Shown in pieces: positions 1 through 9,561 of a stretch of DNA of 64,000 bases. Below the pieces are notes generated by a model. The model was given only the letters and a program-made list of their open reading frames with translations. It searched no databases and was not told where the DNA came from. The position numbers and the translations under genes are program-made. The stretch is from assembly GCA_037380845.1 (NCBI GenBank), contig JARRRI010000005.1:1-64000 (forward strand), given 5' to 3'. The stretch is from Candidatus Sulfobium sp. GTDB taxonomy: Bacteria > Nitrospirota > Thermodesulfovibrionia > Thermodesulfovibrionales > UBA6898. How positions within the stretch are numbered: position 1 is the stretch's first letter; each line of letters starts with the position of its first letter.

Positions 1-211
1 TGAGGTTTCCCAGCCGCTCTATGGTGGAAAAGGCGTCTTCAACCGCCTTTTCAGCCTCGGCTTTCGAGTCAGATACAACGGTTACAGTCACATAAGTGTC
101 CATAAGCGCCTTGCTTTGCCGGTATGCCGACCTGTTGTCGGTCGAGCATGAGGAAAACAGGATTATGAACAGGCAAAGAAGCGCAGAAAAAACCAGTCTT
201 TTTCTATTCAT
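1..211 (-). CDS. apbE: FAD:protein FMN transferase (ApbE/Ftp) lipoprotein, N-terminal part (runs off window)
   Basis: Hand translation from ATG 211: MNRKRLVFSALLCLFIILFSSCSTDNRSAYRQSKALMDTYVTVTVVSDSKAEAEKAVEDAFSTIERLGNL. Lipobox FSSC plus the ApbE-like 'LMDTxVxVTV...AVxxAFxxIERL' segment. Confidence 0.75.
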   Translation of the reverse strand, partial: MNRKRLVFSALLCLFIILFSSCSTDNRSAYRQSKALMDTYVTVTVVSDSKAEAEKAVEDAFSTIERLGNL

Positions 212-473
212 GACAGTCGGTCTATTATAATTTTTCTCCGGAGGTAAAATAAACTCTTTTGCTTACGAGCGACATCAGACAATGACGGTAGAAGGTCCCC
301 ATACAGACTGTCATTCCGGTCCCGGTCGCCTTTGGCGCCGCCGGATGCGGGTAAACCTGTCCGGCCTGCCCGCCACTCATCAAGAACCTTTCCGCGGATA
401 AGGACCTGTCTGCCGGCAGGCCCTTAAGGTAACGACAAACGACTTATGGCTTTATGCATGTCAAACTATGCAT

Positions 474-3014
474 TTAAACACTCTCCGCTTTTTTTATGAA
501 GATGCCGTGGGACAACTTTTCCTTCAGAAAACGGCCGGTGTGAGACGCGCGGATACCGCTTATGTCTTCAGGGGTGCCTTGCGCAACGACCATACCTCCC
601 TCTTCTCCGCCTTCCGGGCCCAGGTCTATAATGTGGTCGGCGGACTTTATGACATCGAGGTTGTGCTCTATAACCACGGCCGTATTGCCCCTTTCGACCA
701 GCATGTTGATTACGTCGAGCAATCTCTGGATGTCAACAAAATGCAGACCTGTTGTCGGCTCGTCAAGAATATACAACGTATTGCCGGATGACTTCTTGCC
801 CAGTTCTCTCGATAGTCTGATCCTTTGGGCTTCTCCCCCGGAAAGAGTGGTGGCCGACTGTCCCAGCTGGAGATATCCCAGGCCTGTCTCTTCAAGGATA
901 TCGAGTTTTCTCTTAATGGGCGGAATATTTTCGAAGAACGGGAGTGCTTCCATGACCGTCATGTCGAGGACTTCCGCTATATTTTTGCCCTTGAATCTGA
1001 TTTCAAGGGTATCGTCGTTGTATCTCCTTCCCTTACATGTGTCGCAGACCACGTAGACATCGGGGAGAAAGTGCATTTCGACCTTGATCAGGCCGTTGCC
1101 CCTGCACGACTCGCAGCGCCCCCCCGGAACATTGAAACTGAACCTCGACGCCGAATATCCCCTCACTTTTGCATCGGGCAGCATCGAAAAAAGCATTCGT
1201 ATGTAAGAAAAAAGACCGGTATAAGTGGCGGGGTTGGACCTGGGCGTGCGACCGATCGGGGCCTGATCGACCGAAAGCACCCGCTCAAGGGAATCCATGC
1301 CCGTTAATTCCCTGTATTTCCCGGGGGCGATGTACGAGATATCGTGATGGCCGGAGAATTTCTGCCGGGCGGCATTGAAGAGGACATCGAATATGAGGGT
1401 GCTCTTGCCCGACCCCGATACCCCGGTGACGCAGGTGAATGTCCTGAGCGGTATCTTCACGTCGATGTTCTTCAGGTTGTGTTCAGAGGCTCCCCTTATC
1501 TGGATGAATTCCGTCGATGTTCTTCTTTTTACGGGTACGTCAATCGATAGATCGCCTCTCAGATACCGGCCGGTCAACGACCTGTCATCCCCCAAAATCT
1601 CCGGTGGGGTTCCCTCGGCAACGATCCATCCGCCCCGCACGCCTGCGCCCGGTCCCATATCGACGATATGGTCGGCCGACCTGATGGTCTCTTCGTCATG
1701 TTCCACGATAATCACAGTGTTGCCCGCATTCCTTATCGCCGACAGGCTGTCGAGCAGCCTGGCGCAGTCGCGGGGATGAAGTCCGATGCTCGGCTCATCG
1801 AGGACATAGAGGACTCCGGTGAGCGACGAGCCCATCTGGGTGGCCAGACGTATCCTCTGTGCCTCGCCTCCGGAGAGCGTCAGCGAAGGCCTGTCCAGAG
1901 TAAGATAACCCAGACCGACCTTTTCAAGAAACGACAGCCTGTCGTTGATTTCCTTGAACACCCTCGACGCTATTACCTGCTCACGTCCGGTCAGTGAAAG
2001 CCTCTTCATGAATAAAAGGGCATCCCGGACCGACATTCGGCAAAACTCCCCTATATGGACTTTATGGAACTTTACTCCAAGTGCTTCCGGTCTCAGCCTG
2101 AAGCCCCCGCATTCCCTGCAAACCCTGTGTTCCATGACAGCGACCGCATCCTCGTCCATGTTGCGGAATCCGAGCCCATTACAGGAGGGGCATGCGCCGG
2201 CCTTGCTGTTAAAGGAGAAGAACCTGGGTATAATTTCGGGGTAGCTTATGCCGCAGTTAAGGCAGGCTGCGGTTTTCGAAAAAAGGATGTCCTTCTCCTC
2301 CTCGGGGATGTTTACGACGATGGTGTCGGAATACTTGAAGGAAGTGTCTATGGCGTCTCTGACCTGACGTTCCTGGTTGTCTCTTATGATAAGCCTGTCG
2401 ATGACGATCTCTATGGTGTGACGCTTCTTTTTCTCAAGGACTATGTCCTGGGTCAGGTCAACCAGTCTGTTGTCGATCCTTGCGCGGACGAAACCCTCGT
2501 TGCGCATTTCATGGAGCTCCTTCCGGTAGTTGCCTTTCCTGTCTCTGACTATCGGAGACAGTATCTGCACCTTTGTACCTTCAGGCAGCGCCATAACGGA
2601 AGAGACAATATTCTGCGACTCCTGCGTCGATATTTCGGCCCCGCAGTTGTAACAATAGGCCTTCCCCAGACGGGTGTACAATACTCTGAGGTAATCGTAG
2701 ATTTCGGTTATCGTCGAGACCGTTGATCGGGGACTCCTCGTTACAGTCTTCTGGTCTATGGCGACCGACGGGGAAAGACCCTCGATAAAATCCACGTCCG
2801 GTTTCTGCAGTTGTTCCAGAAACTGCCGGGAATAGGCCGAGAGACTTTCGACGTAACGCCTCTGGCCTTCGGCATAGATGGTGTCTATGGCGAGGGTTGA
2901 TTTGCCCGACCCCGAAGGACCGGTTATCACCGTTATCGCCTCTCTCGGTATGGATACGTCGATGTTCTTGAGGTTGTGTTCCCTCGCTCCCTTGATCCTG
3001 ATGAACTTCTGCAT
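474..3014 (-). CDS. uvrA: Excinuclease ABC subunit A (short form lacking insertion domain)
   Basis: GAREHNLKN, two Walker A motifs (GPSGSGKS, GVSGSGKS), two LSGGEAQRI signatures, Zn-finger Cys pairs. Confidence 0.97.
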   Translation of the reverse strand: MQKFIRIKGAREHNLKNIDVSIPREAITVITGPSGSGKSTLAIDTIYAEGQRRYVESLSAYSRQFLEQLQKPDVDFIEGLSPSVAIDQKTVTRSPRSTVSTITEIYDYLRVLYTRLGKAYCYNCGAEISTQESQNIVSSVMALPEGTKVQILSPIVRDRKGNYRKELHEMRNEGFVRARIDNRLVDLTQDIVLEKKKRHTIEIVIDRLIIRDNQERQVRDAIDTSFKYSDTIVVNIPEEEKDILFSKTAACLNCGISYPEIIPRFFSFNSKAGACPSCNGLGFRNMDEDAVAVMEHRVCRECGGFRLRPEALGVKFHKVHIGEFCRMSVRDALLFMKRLSLTGREQVIASRVFKEINDRLSFLEKVGLGYLTLDRPSLTLSGGEAQRIRLATQMGSSLTGVLYVLDEPSIGLHPRDCARLLDSLSAIRNAGNTVIIVEHDEETIRSADHIVDMGPGAGVRGGWIVAEGTPPEILGDDRSLTGRYLRGDLSIDVPVKRRTSTEFIQIRGASEHNLKNIDVKIPLRTFTCVTGVSGSGKSTLIFDVLFNAARQKFSGHHDISYIAPGKYRELTGMDSLERVLSVDQAPIGRTPRSNPATYTGLFSYIRMLFSMLPDAKVRGYSASRFSFNVPGGRCESCRGNGLIKVEMHFLPDVYVVCDTCKGRRYNDDTLEIRFKGKNIAEVLDMTVMEALPFFENIPPIKRKLDILEETGLGYLQLGQSATTLSGGEAQRIRLSRELGKKSSGNTLYILDEPTTGLHFVDIQRLLDVINMLVERGNTAVVIEHNLDVIKSADHIIDLGPEGGEEGGMVVAQGTPEDISGIRASHTGRFLKEKLSHGIFIKKAESV

Positions 3015-3080
3015 TTCAGTACCTTTTAATATAACTGAAGGCGATAAAATAATCCCAATCCATCACAACCGGGGAAATGT

Positions 3081-3242
3081 AATTTACCGCGGAGAAGCAG
3101 AGTTGGCGGAGATTGGGTGCATTTTGTTTTCTCGTTGATGGGCGGGAGAAACTCATCCTGACAGTGTTTTATATGTTTCTGCCCTCTCAGCAGAAACATA
3201 TAAAACACTGTCTCTGGTCCGCTGTGTCTCTGCGGCGAAATT
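3081..3242. repeat. Palindromic intergenic element (CCGCAGAGACGCAGAG-type arms) with internal hairpins
   Basis: Imperfect terminal inverted arms; perfect 23-bp stem 3160-3182/3190-3212 with loop CCTCTCA; related copy at 26584-26791. Confidence 0.7.
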
Positions 3243-3353
3243 GTTTGTTGTTTCATGGCACCTAACAAAGAAGCCGGCCACAGAAAGCTTCCGGCATATT
3301 GAAGCGTGGCGCGCATGTTACATTTGTCAGGGATCTGGTGTATTATAGTTTTT

Positions 3354-3767
3354 ATGGCAAAAAGGGTTATACTTGTCTGCTTTCTGGTTCTTGTACCCGC
3401 TGTATCATTTGCACAGCCGGAGATATCTTTTCGGTCTCTGACCTACGATTTCGGTATAGTTTTCGGGAAAGACAGGGTCGAGCACGTCTTCTCTTTCCTG
3501 AACAAGGGGGACCGGGACCTTATTATAAAGAAATTGGTCCCTTCCTGAGGCTGCACCGCCGCGATGGCCAGTTCGGGCCGTCTAAAGCCGGGTGAGACGG
3601 GAAAGATCAGGGTCGCTGTTGATCTCAGAGGCCGGTCGGGAAGCCTGACAAAGACAGTCCACGTCTATACGAACGATCCCCGGAAGCCGGCGACAGACCT
3701 TTCCGTAAAAATGGAAGTCAGGCGGGAGACAGCGGTAAAGAAGAGGGCAGTGAGGGGACGGTTTTAA
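3354..3767 (+). CDS. Secreted DUF1573-domain protein with in-frame TGA (candidate selenoprotein, S-U-G-C-T)
   Basis: Signal peptide MAKRVILVCFLVLVPAVSFA, then YDFG...HVFSFLNKGDRDLII, then S-TGA-GCT in frame with LKPGETGKI...TKTVHVYTNDP. The family motif is sCGCT. Confidence 0.85.
3563..3582 (+). promoter_or_regulatory. Candidate bacterial SECIS hairpin
   Basis: GATGGCC-AGTTCG-GGCCGTC; 21 nt lie between TGA 3546-3548 and the loop. Confidence 0.55.
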
Positions 3768-3774
3768 TCGGCTT

Positions 3775-4635
3775 ATGAGCGCTGCTTTCCAGAAATTGGT
3801 TCTGTATCTCAGGATGATCAAGTTTTCGCACTCTATCTTCGCGCTCCCTTTCGCTTTCACTTCAGCCCTGATTGCGGCGTCGGGCATCCCGGCTCCCCGG
3901 CAGGTTTTCTGGATCATAGTCGCGATGGTCGGGGCTCGGTCAGGCGCAATGGGGTTGAACAGGATTATAGACAGAAGGATAGACTCCGCCAATCCCCGCA
4001 CCTCCGGGAGGGAACTGCCGCGAGGGGTCATCGGTGTCGGCGAGACCGTCGTTTTCGTCGCCGTATCTTTTGGGATTATGATGTTTGCAGCCTATATGCT
4101 TAATCCTCTCTGCCTGATGCTGTCCCCGGTCGCAATAGCGGTTTTGTTCCTCTATTCCTTTACCAAGAGATTTACGTGGACGTCTCATTTCGTTCTCGGG
4201 CTGGCGATTTCGGCCTCCCCCATGGGGGCTTGGATAGCTGTAAACGGGACTTTCGACGTCAAGATAATACCACTGGCCGTGGCCGTCATCTTCTGGCTGG
4301 CGGGTTTTGATGTGCTCTATGCCCTTAAGGATGTGGAGTTTGACCGTTCTTACGGGCTGTATTCCATCCCGCGGAGGTTCGGCATACAGAAGTCCCTGTA
4401 CCTGGCGAGGACTTTCCACGGGATCAGTTATCTGCTCCTGGTCCTCAACGGACTGCTGTTCGGGCTGGGAGCGGCCTACTGGACCGGCATGTTTATAGTG
4501 GCGGGGCTCTTTTTTTATGAACACTCACTCATAAGGGAAAACGACCTCAGCAGGCTCGATATGGCCTTCTTCAATATGAACGGTTACATCAGCATGACCA
4601 TATTCGTCTTTACCCTGATCGGTTTTGTAGCATGA
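3775..4635 (+). CDS. ubiA: UbiA-family polyprenyltransferase (MqnP-like)
   Basis: MIKFSHSIFALPFA, NRIIDRRIDSANPRT, GFDVLYALKD motifs; multipass membrane protein. Confidence 0.9.
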   Translation: MSAAFQKLVLYLRMIKFSHSIFALPFAFTSALIAASGIPAPRQVFWIIVAMVGARSGAMGLNRIIDRRIDSANPRTSGRELPRGVIGVGETVVFVAVSFGIMMFAAYMLNPLCLMLSPVAIAVLFLYSFTKRFTWTSHFVLGLAISASPMGAWIAVNGTFDVKIIPLAVAVIFWLAGFDVLYALKDVEFDRSYGLYSIPRRFGIQKSLYLARTFHGISYLLLVLNGLLFGLGAAYWTGMFIVAGLFFYEHSLIRENDLSRLDMAFFNMNGYISMTIFVFTLIGFVA

Positions 4636-5240
4636 AAAAGAGATATGTCATGGCGATTACCGGCGCAACCGGTCCGGCCATAGGATTGAGGGTCCTGAAA
4701 GTCCTGGCCGGGGTTTTCGAGGTGCATACAGTGATCTCGGGGCAGTCCTTTTCGATAATCAGGGACGAAACCGGCATCGACCTGAAGGGTGACACCGAAG
4801 ATGATATTCAGGACAAGATCAGGTCCGTGTGCGGCGCAAACGACATTTATTACCATGATGAGAGAAATTTCGAGGCACCTGTTTCGAGCGGGTCGTTCAT
4901 CACCGAGGGGATGTGTGTCGTACCCTGTTCGATGAAGACACTCTCTGGTATAGCGGGAGGCTATGCAAATACTCTGACCGAACGCGCCGCCGATGTGACG
5001 ATCAAGGAAGGGCGACCCCTGCTGCTTTCGCCCCGGGAGATGCCCTTCAGCGCCATACACATTGAGAACATGCTGAAACTTTCGCGGATGGGGGTGAAAA
5101 TCGCTCCCCCCGTAGCCGGTTTTTATCACAGACCTGAGACGGTTGACGACATGATCGATTTTATTGCGGGAAAGATCCTTGACGCCATGGGGGTTGAACA
5201 CGGCTTTTACAGAAGGTGGAAGGCCGGGGAAAACGGCTGA
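4632..5240 (+). CDS. ubiX: Flavin prenyltransferase UbiX
   Basis: ITGATG, SSGS, PCSMKTL, RAADVTIKE, PREMP motifs; ATGA overlap with ubiA. Confidence 0.95.
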   Translation: MKKRYVMAITGATGPAIGLRVLKVLAGVFEVHTVISGQSFSIIRDETGIDLKGDTEDDIQDKIRSVCGANDIYYHDERNFEAPVSSGSFITEGMCVVPCSMKTLSGIAGGYANTLTERAADVTIKEGRPLLLSPREMPFSAIHIENMLKLSRMGVKIAPPVAGFYHRPETVDDMIDFIAGKILDAMGVEHGFYRRWKAGENG

Positions 5241-5322
5241 GCCGTTGTCTCTCACATAGTCACGGCTCAATGCCGACGATCAGAACTCTCCTGGTGTGAT
5301 GCCGCCACCATCATCGGCATCT

Positions 5323-5395
5323 CCGGCTACCCTGGTTATTCATAAACGTACGACTGGTTTATGAATAATATGGGTTGGCCCGGATTATTCATGAA
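5323..5395. repeat. Clustered CCnGATTATTCATAAA-like inverted repeats
   Basis: Perfect 12-bp IR TTATTCATAAAC (5336-5347/5357-5368), a third copy at ~5379-5395, and a related motif at ~21632-21648. Confidence 0.5.
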
Positions 5396-5408
5396 AATGT
5401 GGTAGACG

Positions 5409-5536
5409 CGAAAGGACACAGTATTTTCGCTCATTCTCGGTCGTTACGACCTCCGAGGAACTTGCCCTCTCTATTTCAGGATACACAATGTCTGAATATC
5501 GAGCAAGTAAAACCGCTCAAACACTGTGTCCTTTCG
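5409..5536. repeat. MITE-like structured element
   Basis: Perfect 14-bp terminal IR CGAAAGGACACAGT/ACTGTGTCCTTTCG enclosing two internal hairpins. Confidence 0.55.
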
Positions 5537-5627
5537 GCATGCAGGAAAATTTGTGAATAAAGTGGGTTAGAGGAGAAATATGATCCGGCTCATATACAGG
5601 AGAGCAGGAACCGTCTAAAATATAAAT

Positions 5628-5891
5628 ATGAGCGTGTTTAAGGAATCGTGTCCCGGAAGCCGGGAGATAAGGAGCCCGTATCCCGAGGAGGTGCGGTGTT
5701 TCTGGTGCGATACGGTCAACGAGGTCTGGACCGACGAGGTCGAGGTGGACTGCAAGAAATGTGGTAAGAAGGTCACCCGCGAAATGAGGCCCTCCTGCAT
5801 CGAGTGGTGTCCCGCGGCACGGGATTGCATAGGCGCGGAGAAGTACGAGAAGCTGATGAAAGCGGTGAGAGACCAGGCTGCGGCTGAATAA
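5628..5891 (+). CDS. Small Cys-rich putative metal-binding protein
   Basis: 87 aa with 8 Cys (CPG, CxxC, CxxC, CxxWC, C); followed by a terminator. Confidence 0.75.
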   Translation: MSVFKESCPGSREIRSPYPEEVRCFWCDTVNEVWTDEVEVDCKKCGKKVTREMRPSCIEWCPAARDCIGAEKYEKLMKAVRDQAAAE

Positions 5892-5921
5892 AAAGCCCCT
5901 TTCATCGCGGAAAGGGGCTTT
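5890..5921. terminator. Bidirectional intrinsic terminator
   Basis: AAAGCCCCTTTC-N6-GAAAGGGGCTTT between convergent genes. Confidence 0.8.
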
Positions 5922-5948
5922 CAGTGCAGCTTAGTAATTGACCTTTGA

Positions 5949-6149
5949 TTACAGGCGAGAAACGTTTACCGCCTTCGGACCTTTCGGACCTTCAGCGACT
6001 TCAAAGGTGACCTCCTGGCCTTCAGCAAGGGTTTTAAAACCATTAGACTGAATTTCGGAATAGTGGACGAATACATCGCCGCCGTCTTCCTGTGTGATAA
6101 ATCCGTAACCCTTGGTTTCATTGAACCACTTCACTGTTCCTTTCGGCAT
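5949..6149 (-). CDS. cspA: Cold-shock protein
   Basis: [18 protein letters not shown]...DVFVHYS (RNP1/RNP2); SD GGAGG upstream of ATG 6149. Confidence 0.96.
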   Translation of the reverse strand: MPKGTVKWFNETKGYGFITQEDGGDVFVHYSEIQSNGFKTLAEGQEVTFEVAEGPKGPKAVNVSRL

Positions 6150-6272
6150 ACTGCTGTGACCTCCTGAAAAAAAGATTCGAAGATTCCAGAGCTGCAGGCT
6201 GATAATAAAGCCAGAAAGCCCAAAGTCTTTGCGGCCTATCCTCACTACAAAAACTTCTGAAACTTCTGGCAG

Positions 6273-6302
6273 ATTATCCCATAAGCTGCATGAAAAGGTC
6301 AA
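6273..6302 (-). promoter_or_regulatory. Sigma70-type promoter for csp giving a long (~115 nt) 5'UTR
   Basis: TTGACC-N18-GATAAT; long leaders are typical of csp genes. Confidence 0.45.
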
Positions 6303-6498
6303 TATTTTTTTGCATATTTTTATTGCGTCCATGAAGGGGGTGACTGTCTGTCCGGTTGCTTGTAGGACGAATACTTACAAAGAAATCAGACAGTTGCTGA
6401 TACCTTTTTGTGTATTTATGATATATCCTGTCTATGACGGCCTCGCTGCGGGAACAGCCAAAGCGTCCAGGAGTATCCTTGGAAGATTTTAGAAAATA

Positions 6499-7086
6499 GT
6501 GGAAGTGTGCCGGATGAAAAACAAGGGCAAAATGAAGAGTAAGGTGACCAATACCGGGTCGGAAAATTACAGGCTTCCGAGGCGCGATGCGGGAAAAGGG
6601 GCGTTGCTGGTCGGGCTGAGTAAAGAACGCCCCGGTTCGGCAAACCAGAGGGGAAAAGTCCTGGTGATGGACGACGAAGATGTTATCAGGACCATACTCA
6701 GCGTAATGCTCCTGGCTTTCGGTTACGAGGCCCATCTGACCGCCGACGGTGAGGAAGCTATTCAGACTTACGTTAAGGCCCTGGAGGCCGGAGAGCCTTT
6801 CGACGCGGTTATAATGGACCTTAACATCCCCGAAGGCATGGGTGGCAGCGAGGCAATCCGGAGGCTCCGCGAAATAGACCCGGACGTAAAAGCAATAGTG
6901 TCGAGCGGATACAGGAACAACCCTGCCGTGGAGAACTTCGGGGAGTACGGTTTCCGGGCTGTTCTGCACAAACCGTACTCTATCAGCGAGCTCAGAGAAG
7001 TTCTGTACAGGGTGGTTCGGCGCTCCGGCCGGGATTATCATTTAAGCACGGGCCGCAGGGAAATGGAAAGCAACCTCACCACATGA
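6499..7086 (+). CDS. Stand-alone response regulator receiver protein (start uncertain)
   Basis: VLVMDDE, AVIMDL, IVSSGY, LHKPY. Confidence 0.85.
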   Translation: MEVCRMKNKGKMKSKVTNTGSENYRLPRRDAGKGALLVGLSKERPGSANQRGKVLVMDDEDVIRTILSVMLLAFGYEAHLTADGEEAIQTYVKALEAGEPFDAVIMDLNIPEGMGGSEAIRRLREIDPDVKAIVSSGYRNNPAVENFGEYGFRAVLHKPYSISELREVLYRVVRRSGRDYHLSTGRREMESNLTT

Positions 7087-7247
7087 TGACATCCGGCCGG
7101 CGACAAGCCTGCCTCGTCCCGGTTGTGGGCGGCAAGAGATATTTCCTTGCCGTGCCTGGTAGACCGAATTCATCCATGTCGGATTTTTTTACTCCGCGAC
7201 ATTGACAACACCTGCTTTATCTGCTAATAAGTTTACTAAGGGTTTGA

Positions 7248-7952
7248 ATGATGAAATTAATCATCTGTTGCCATAATCTTCTGTTTTCCGAAGGCTTGAA
7301 GAAACTCCTGGAAGATGAGCCCTTTATAGGGAAGATCGCGCTCGCAGAGAGTCGGGACCTGAAAGGGGCTGCCCATCATGCCGACCTTGTCATCGCCGAC
7401 CTCGATATATTGTTTGACCACGCCGAAGAATTATTCAACCATGGCCATTCAAAGATCCTGGTTATCAACAATACCTCCCATCTGCCTGTTCTGAACGGAC
7501 ACCTGTCCGAGTTTATTTCGAGAGGTGTGGTCGGATTCCTGCCGCCGGAAACGGATGACGGCCTTCTGAAACGCGCCATCAGGGCTGTTTCTTCGGGAGA
7601 ATTGTGGATAAACCATAAGTCCCTGAAGGACCTGCTTGTCAGCGGTCAGCAGAAGAGCGGTCTTACCAAACAGGAAGGACAGATAGTCTATTATATCTGC
7701 CGCGGTTACAGAAACAAGGAAATAGCGCAGAGACTGGATATCACTGAGCAGACCGTGAAGTCGCACTGCAACCGGATTTACAAGAAATGCGGTGTCTCGG
7801 ACAGGCTCCAGCTCGCCCTTCTGTTCATTTCAGACAGGTCGCTGCTGAAATTCGAAGGAAGGTCGGGGCCTGGATCTCTCTCAAAGGAAGAAAAAAGACA
7901 GTATAGGGTGAGAAGTGTTCCGCAAGCCTCTCCCAGTTGCCGGGTGTCGTGA
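7248..7952 (+). CDS. LuxR/NarL-family regulator with atypical receiver
   Basis: LTKQE...GYRNKEIAQRLDITEQTVKSH HTH. Confidence 0.9.
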   Translation: MMKLIICCHNLLFSEGLKKLLEDEPFIGKIALAESRDLKGAAHHADLVIADLDILFDHAEELFNHGHSKILVINNTSHLPVLNGHLSEFISRGVVGFLPPETDDGLLKRAIRAVSSGELWINHKSLKDLLVSGQQKSGLTKQEGQIVYYICRGYRNKEIAQRLDITEQTVKSHCNRIYKKCGVSDRLQLALLFISDRSLLKFEGRSGPGSLSKEEKRQYRVRSVPQASPSCRVS

Positions 7953-9561
7953 CGGCCATCATGCGGTCGTCCGGCTGAAACAGCAGTCCCGCGTGCGGAA
8001 GGAGTGTATGACCCTGGCGGAAGACCGCTACAACCTCAAGTCTTTCCCGCTTCCTGGGTGGGAAGACCTGCTGGACCCTCTTTCCAACATATGAACTCTT
8101 CTGTTTCAACATTCCGATGACCAGCCTCTTGCCGTCGGGAAGGTCCACCGGGATACCCGATGCTATCAGGGCGCGGAGGTCTAAATGAGTGCATGTCGGA
8201 GGCATGCAGACCCGGGAGGTGTCCAGCAGATGTACGGCACATTCCAGCTGTTCTACGTGATGGGCCGGGGAATCGGCCCGTCCCGGCACCTGCGCTTCAT
8301 AGAGTGTGCGGTATCTGAAAGATTCCGACAAGGCCACCTGAATCATGTAACTGAGCATGACGGTCAATGCGGCGGCGCCCAGCAAATGGTAGCCGCCGGT
8401 CATTTCCGTTACCATCAGGATGGTGGCCAGGGGTACCCTGGCGGCGCCCCCAAAGACGGCCGCCATTCCGACAATGACAAAGCCTGCGGCCGGCTGGTGA
8501 AAAATGTGGGCGGCGAAACCTCCCAGCATAGCTCCCACGAAGAGGCTGGGCGCAAAAACACCTCCTGAGCCGCCTGACCCCACGGTGAGGGCGAAGGCGA
8601 TCATTTTTGCAAAGACCAGCGACAGAAGGATGAATCCTGTCAGGCGGCCGTCGATCGCCTGCTGGATCCATCCGTATCCTCCGCCCAGCACCTGGGGCAG
8701 GGCCAGGGCGATCAGGCCGATTCCCAGTCCTCCAAGGGCAGGTTTGAAGTGAGGCGGCACCGGCAGGGAGTGGAATGCATCGCGGAGATTGTAGAATACC
8801 GTGGGGAGAAAGACGGCCACGATCCCGGCGGCTATACCCAGAGCGCCGTAACGAAAATAGTCGACAAACTCTGCGCCTATGTCGGGCGGAACCCTGAACA
8901 GGGGCTCCCAGCCGACGAGGAGGCCGTTGACGGCATACGCCACTACGGAAGCTACCATCGTATAGAGAAGCGCTGCGGCATCGAGTTCCATGTCGCTGTA
9001 CAGGACTTCGATGGCGAATATGGCCGTCCCTATGGGAGAGCGGAAAATGGCGGAGAGGCCGGCCGCCATGCCCATCAGCACCAGCAGCCTCCGCTCTTCG
9101 TCGGTCCTTTTGCCCGCGGAGGCATAGACTGAGCCGAAGCCCGCGCTTATGAGGGCAGTCGGTCCTTCCTGTCCCGCCGCTCCCCCCGAACCGATGGTCA
9201 GCGCCGAAGCCACCATCTTCAGTGGTGCGACCCGGGCACGAATGACGCCGCTGGCGTAGTGAAACGCCTTCACTGCAGTATCGGTCCCATGGCCCTCGGC
9301 TTCGGGCGACAGACCGTAGACCAGCATACCCGATAAAAGACCGCCCAGGGTCGTTACCAGGGGGATCAGCCACAGGCCGTGTTGTCCCATAACCTCTCCT
9401 CCCGCGGCGCCGTCCATTACCCCCGGGGGCGCATACCCGGCGAGCCGGCCAAGAAGCAGTATTTCCGTTTCCTTCAGCAGAAAGGCGAAGAGCCGGGCAC
9501 CGAGTGCGCCGATTATACCCAGAAGGACCGTATCGAGAATAAGCCGTTGCTGCCGTTTCAC
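7825..9561 (-). CDS. ClC-family chloride channel / H+/Cl- antiporter with C-terminal TrkA-C-like domain
   Basis: GHGTD, GSGGAAGQEGP, FAIEV, GSGGSGGVFAP motifs. Confidence 0.92.
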   Translation of the reverse strand: MKRQQRLILDTVLLGIIGALGARLFAFLLKETEILLLGRLAGYAPPGVMDGAAGGEVMGQHGLWLIPLVTTLGGLLSGMLVYGLSPEAEGHGTDTAVKAFHYASGVIRARVAPLKMVASALTIGSGGAAGQEGPTALISAGFGSVYASAGKRTDEERRLLVLMGMAAGLSAIFRSPIGTAIFAIEVLYSDMELDAAALLYTMVASVVAYAVNGLLVGWEPLFRVPPDIGAEFVDYFRYGALGIAAGIVAVFLPTVFYNLRDAFHSLPVPPHFKPALGGLGIGLIALALPQVLGGGYGWIQQAIDGRLTGFILLSLVFAKMIAFALTVGSGGSGGVFAPSLFVGAMLGGFAAHIFHQPAAGFVIVGMAAVFGGAARVPLATILMVTEMTGGYHLLGAAALTVMLSYMIQVALSESFRYRTLYEAQVPGRADSPAHHVEQLECAVHLLDTSRVCMPPTCTHLDLRALIASGIPVDLPDGKRLVIGMLKQKSSYVGKRVQQVFPPRKRERLEVVAVFRQGHTLLPHAGLLFQPDDRMMAVTTPGNWERLAEHFSPYTVFFLPLREIQAPTFLRISAATCLK

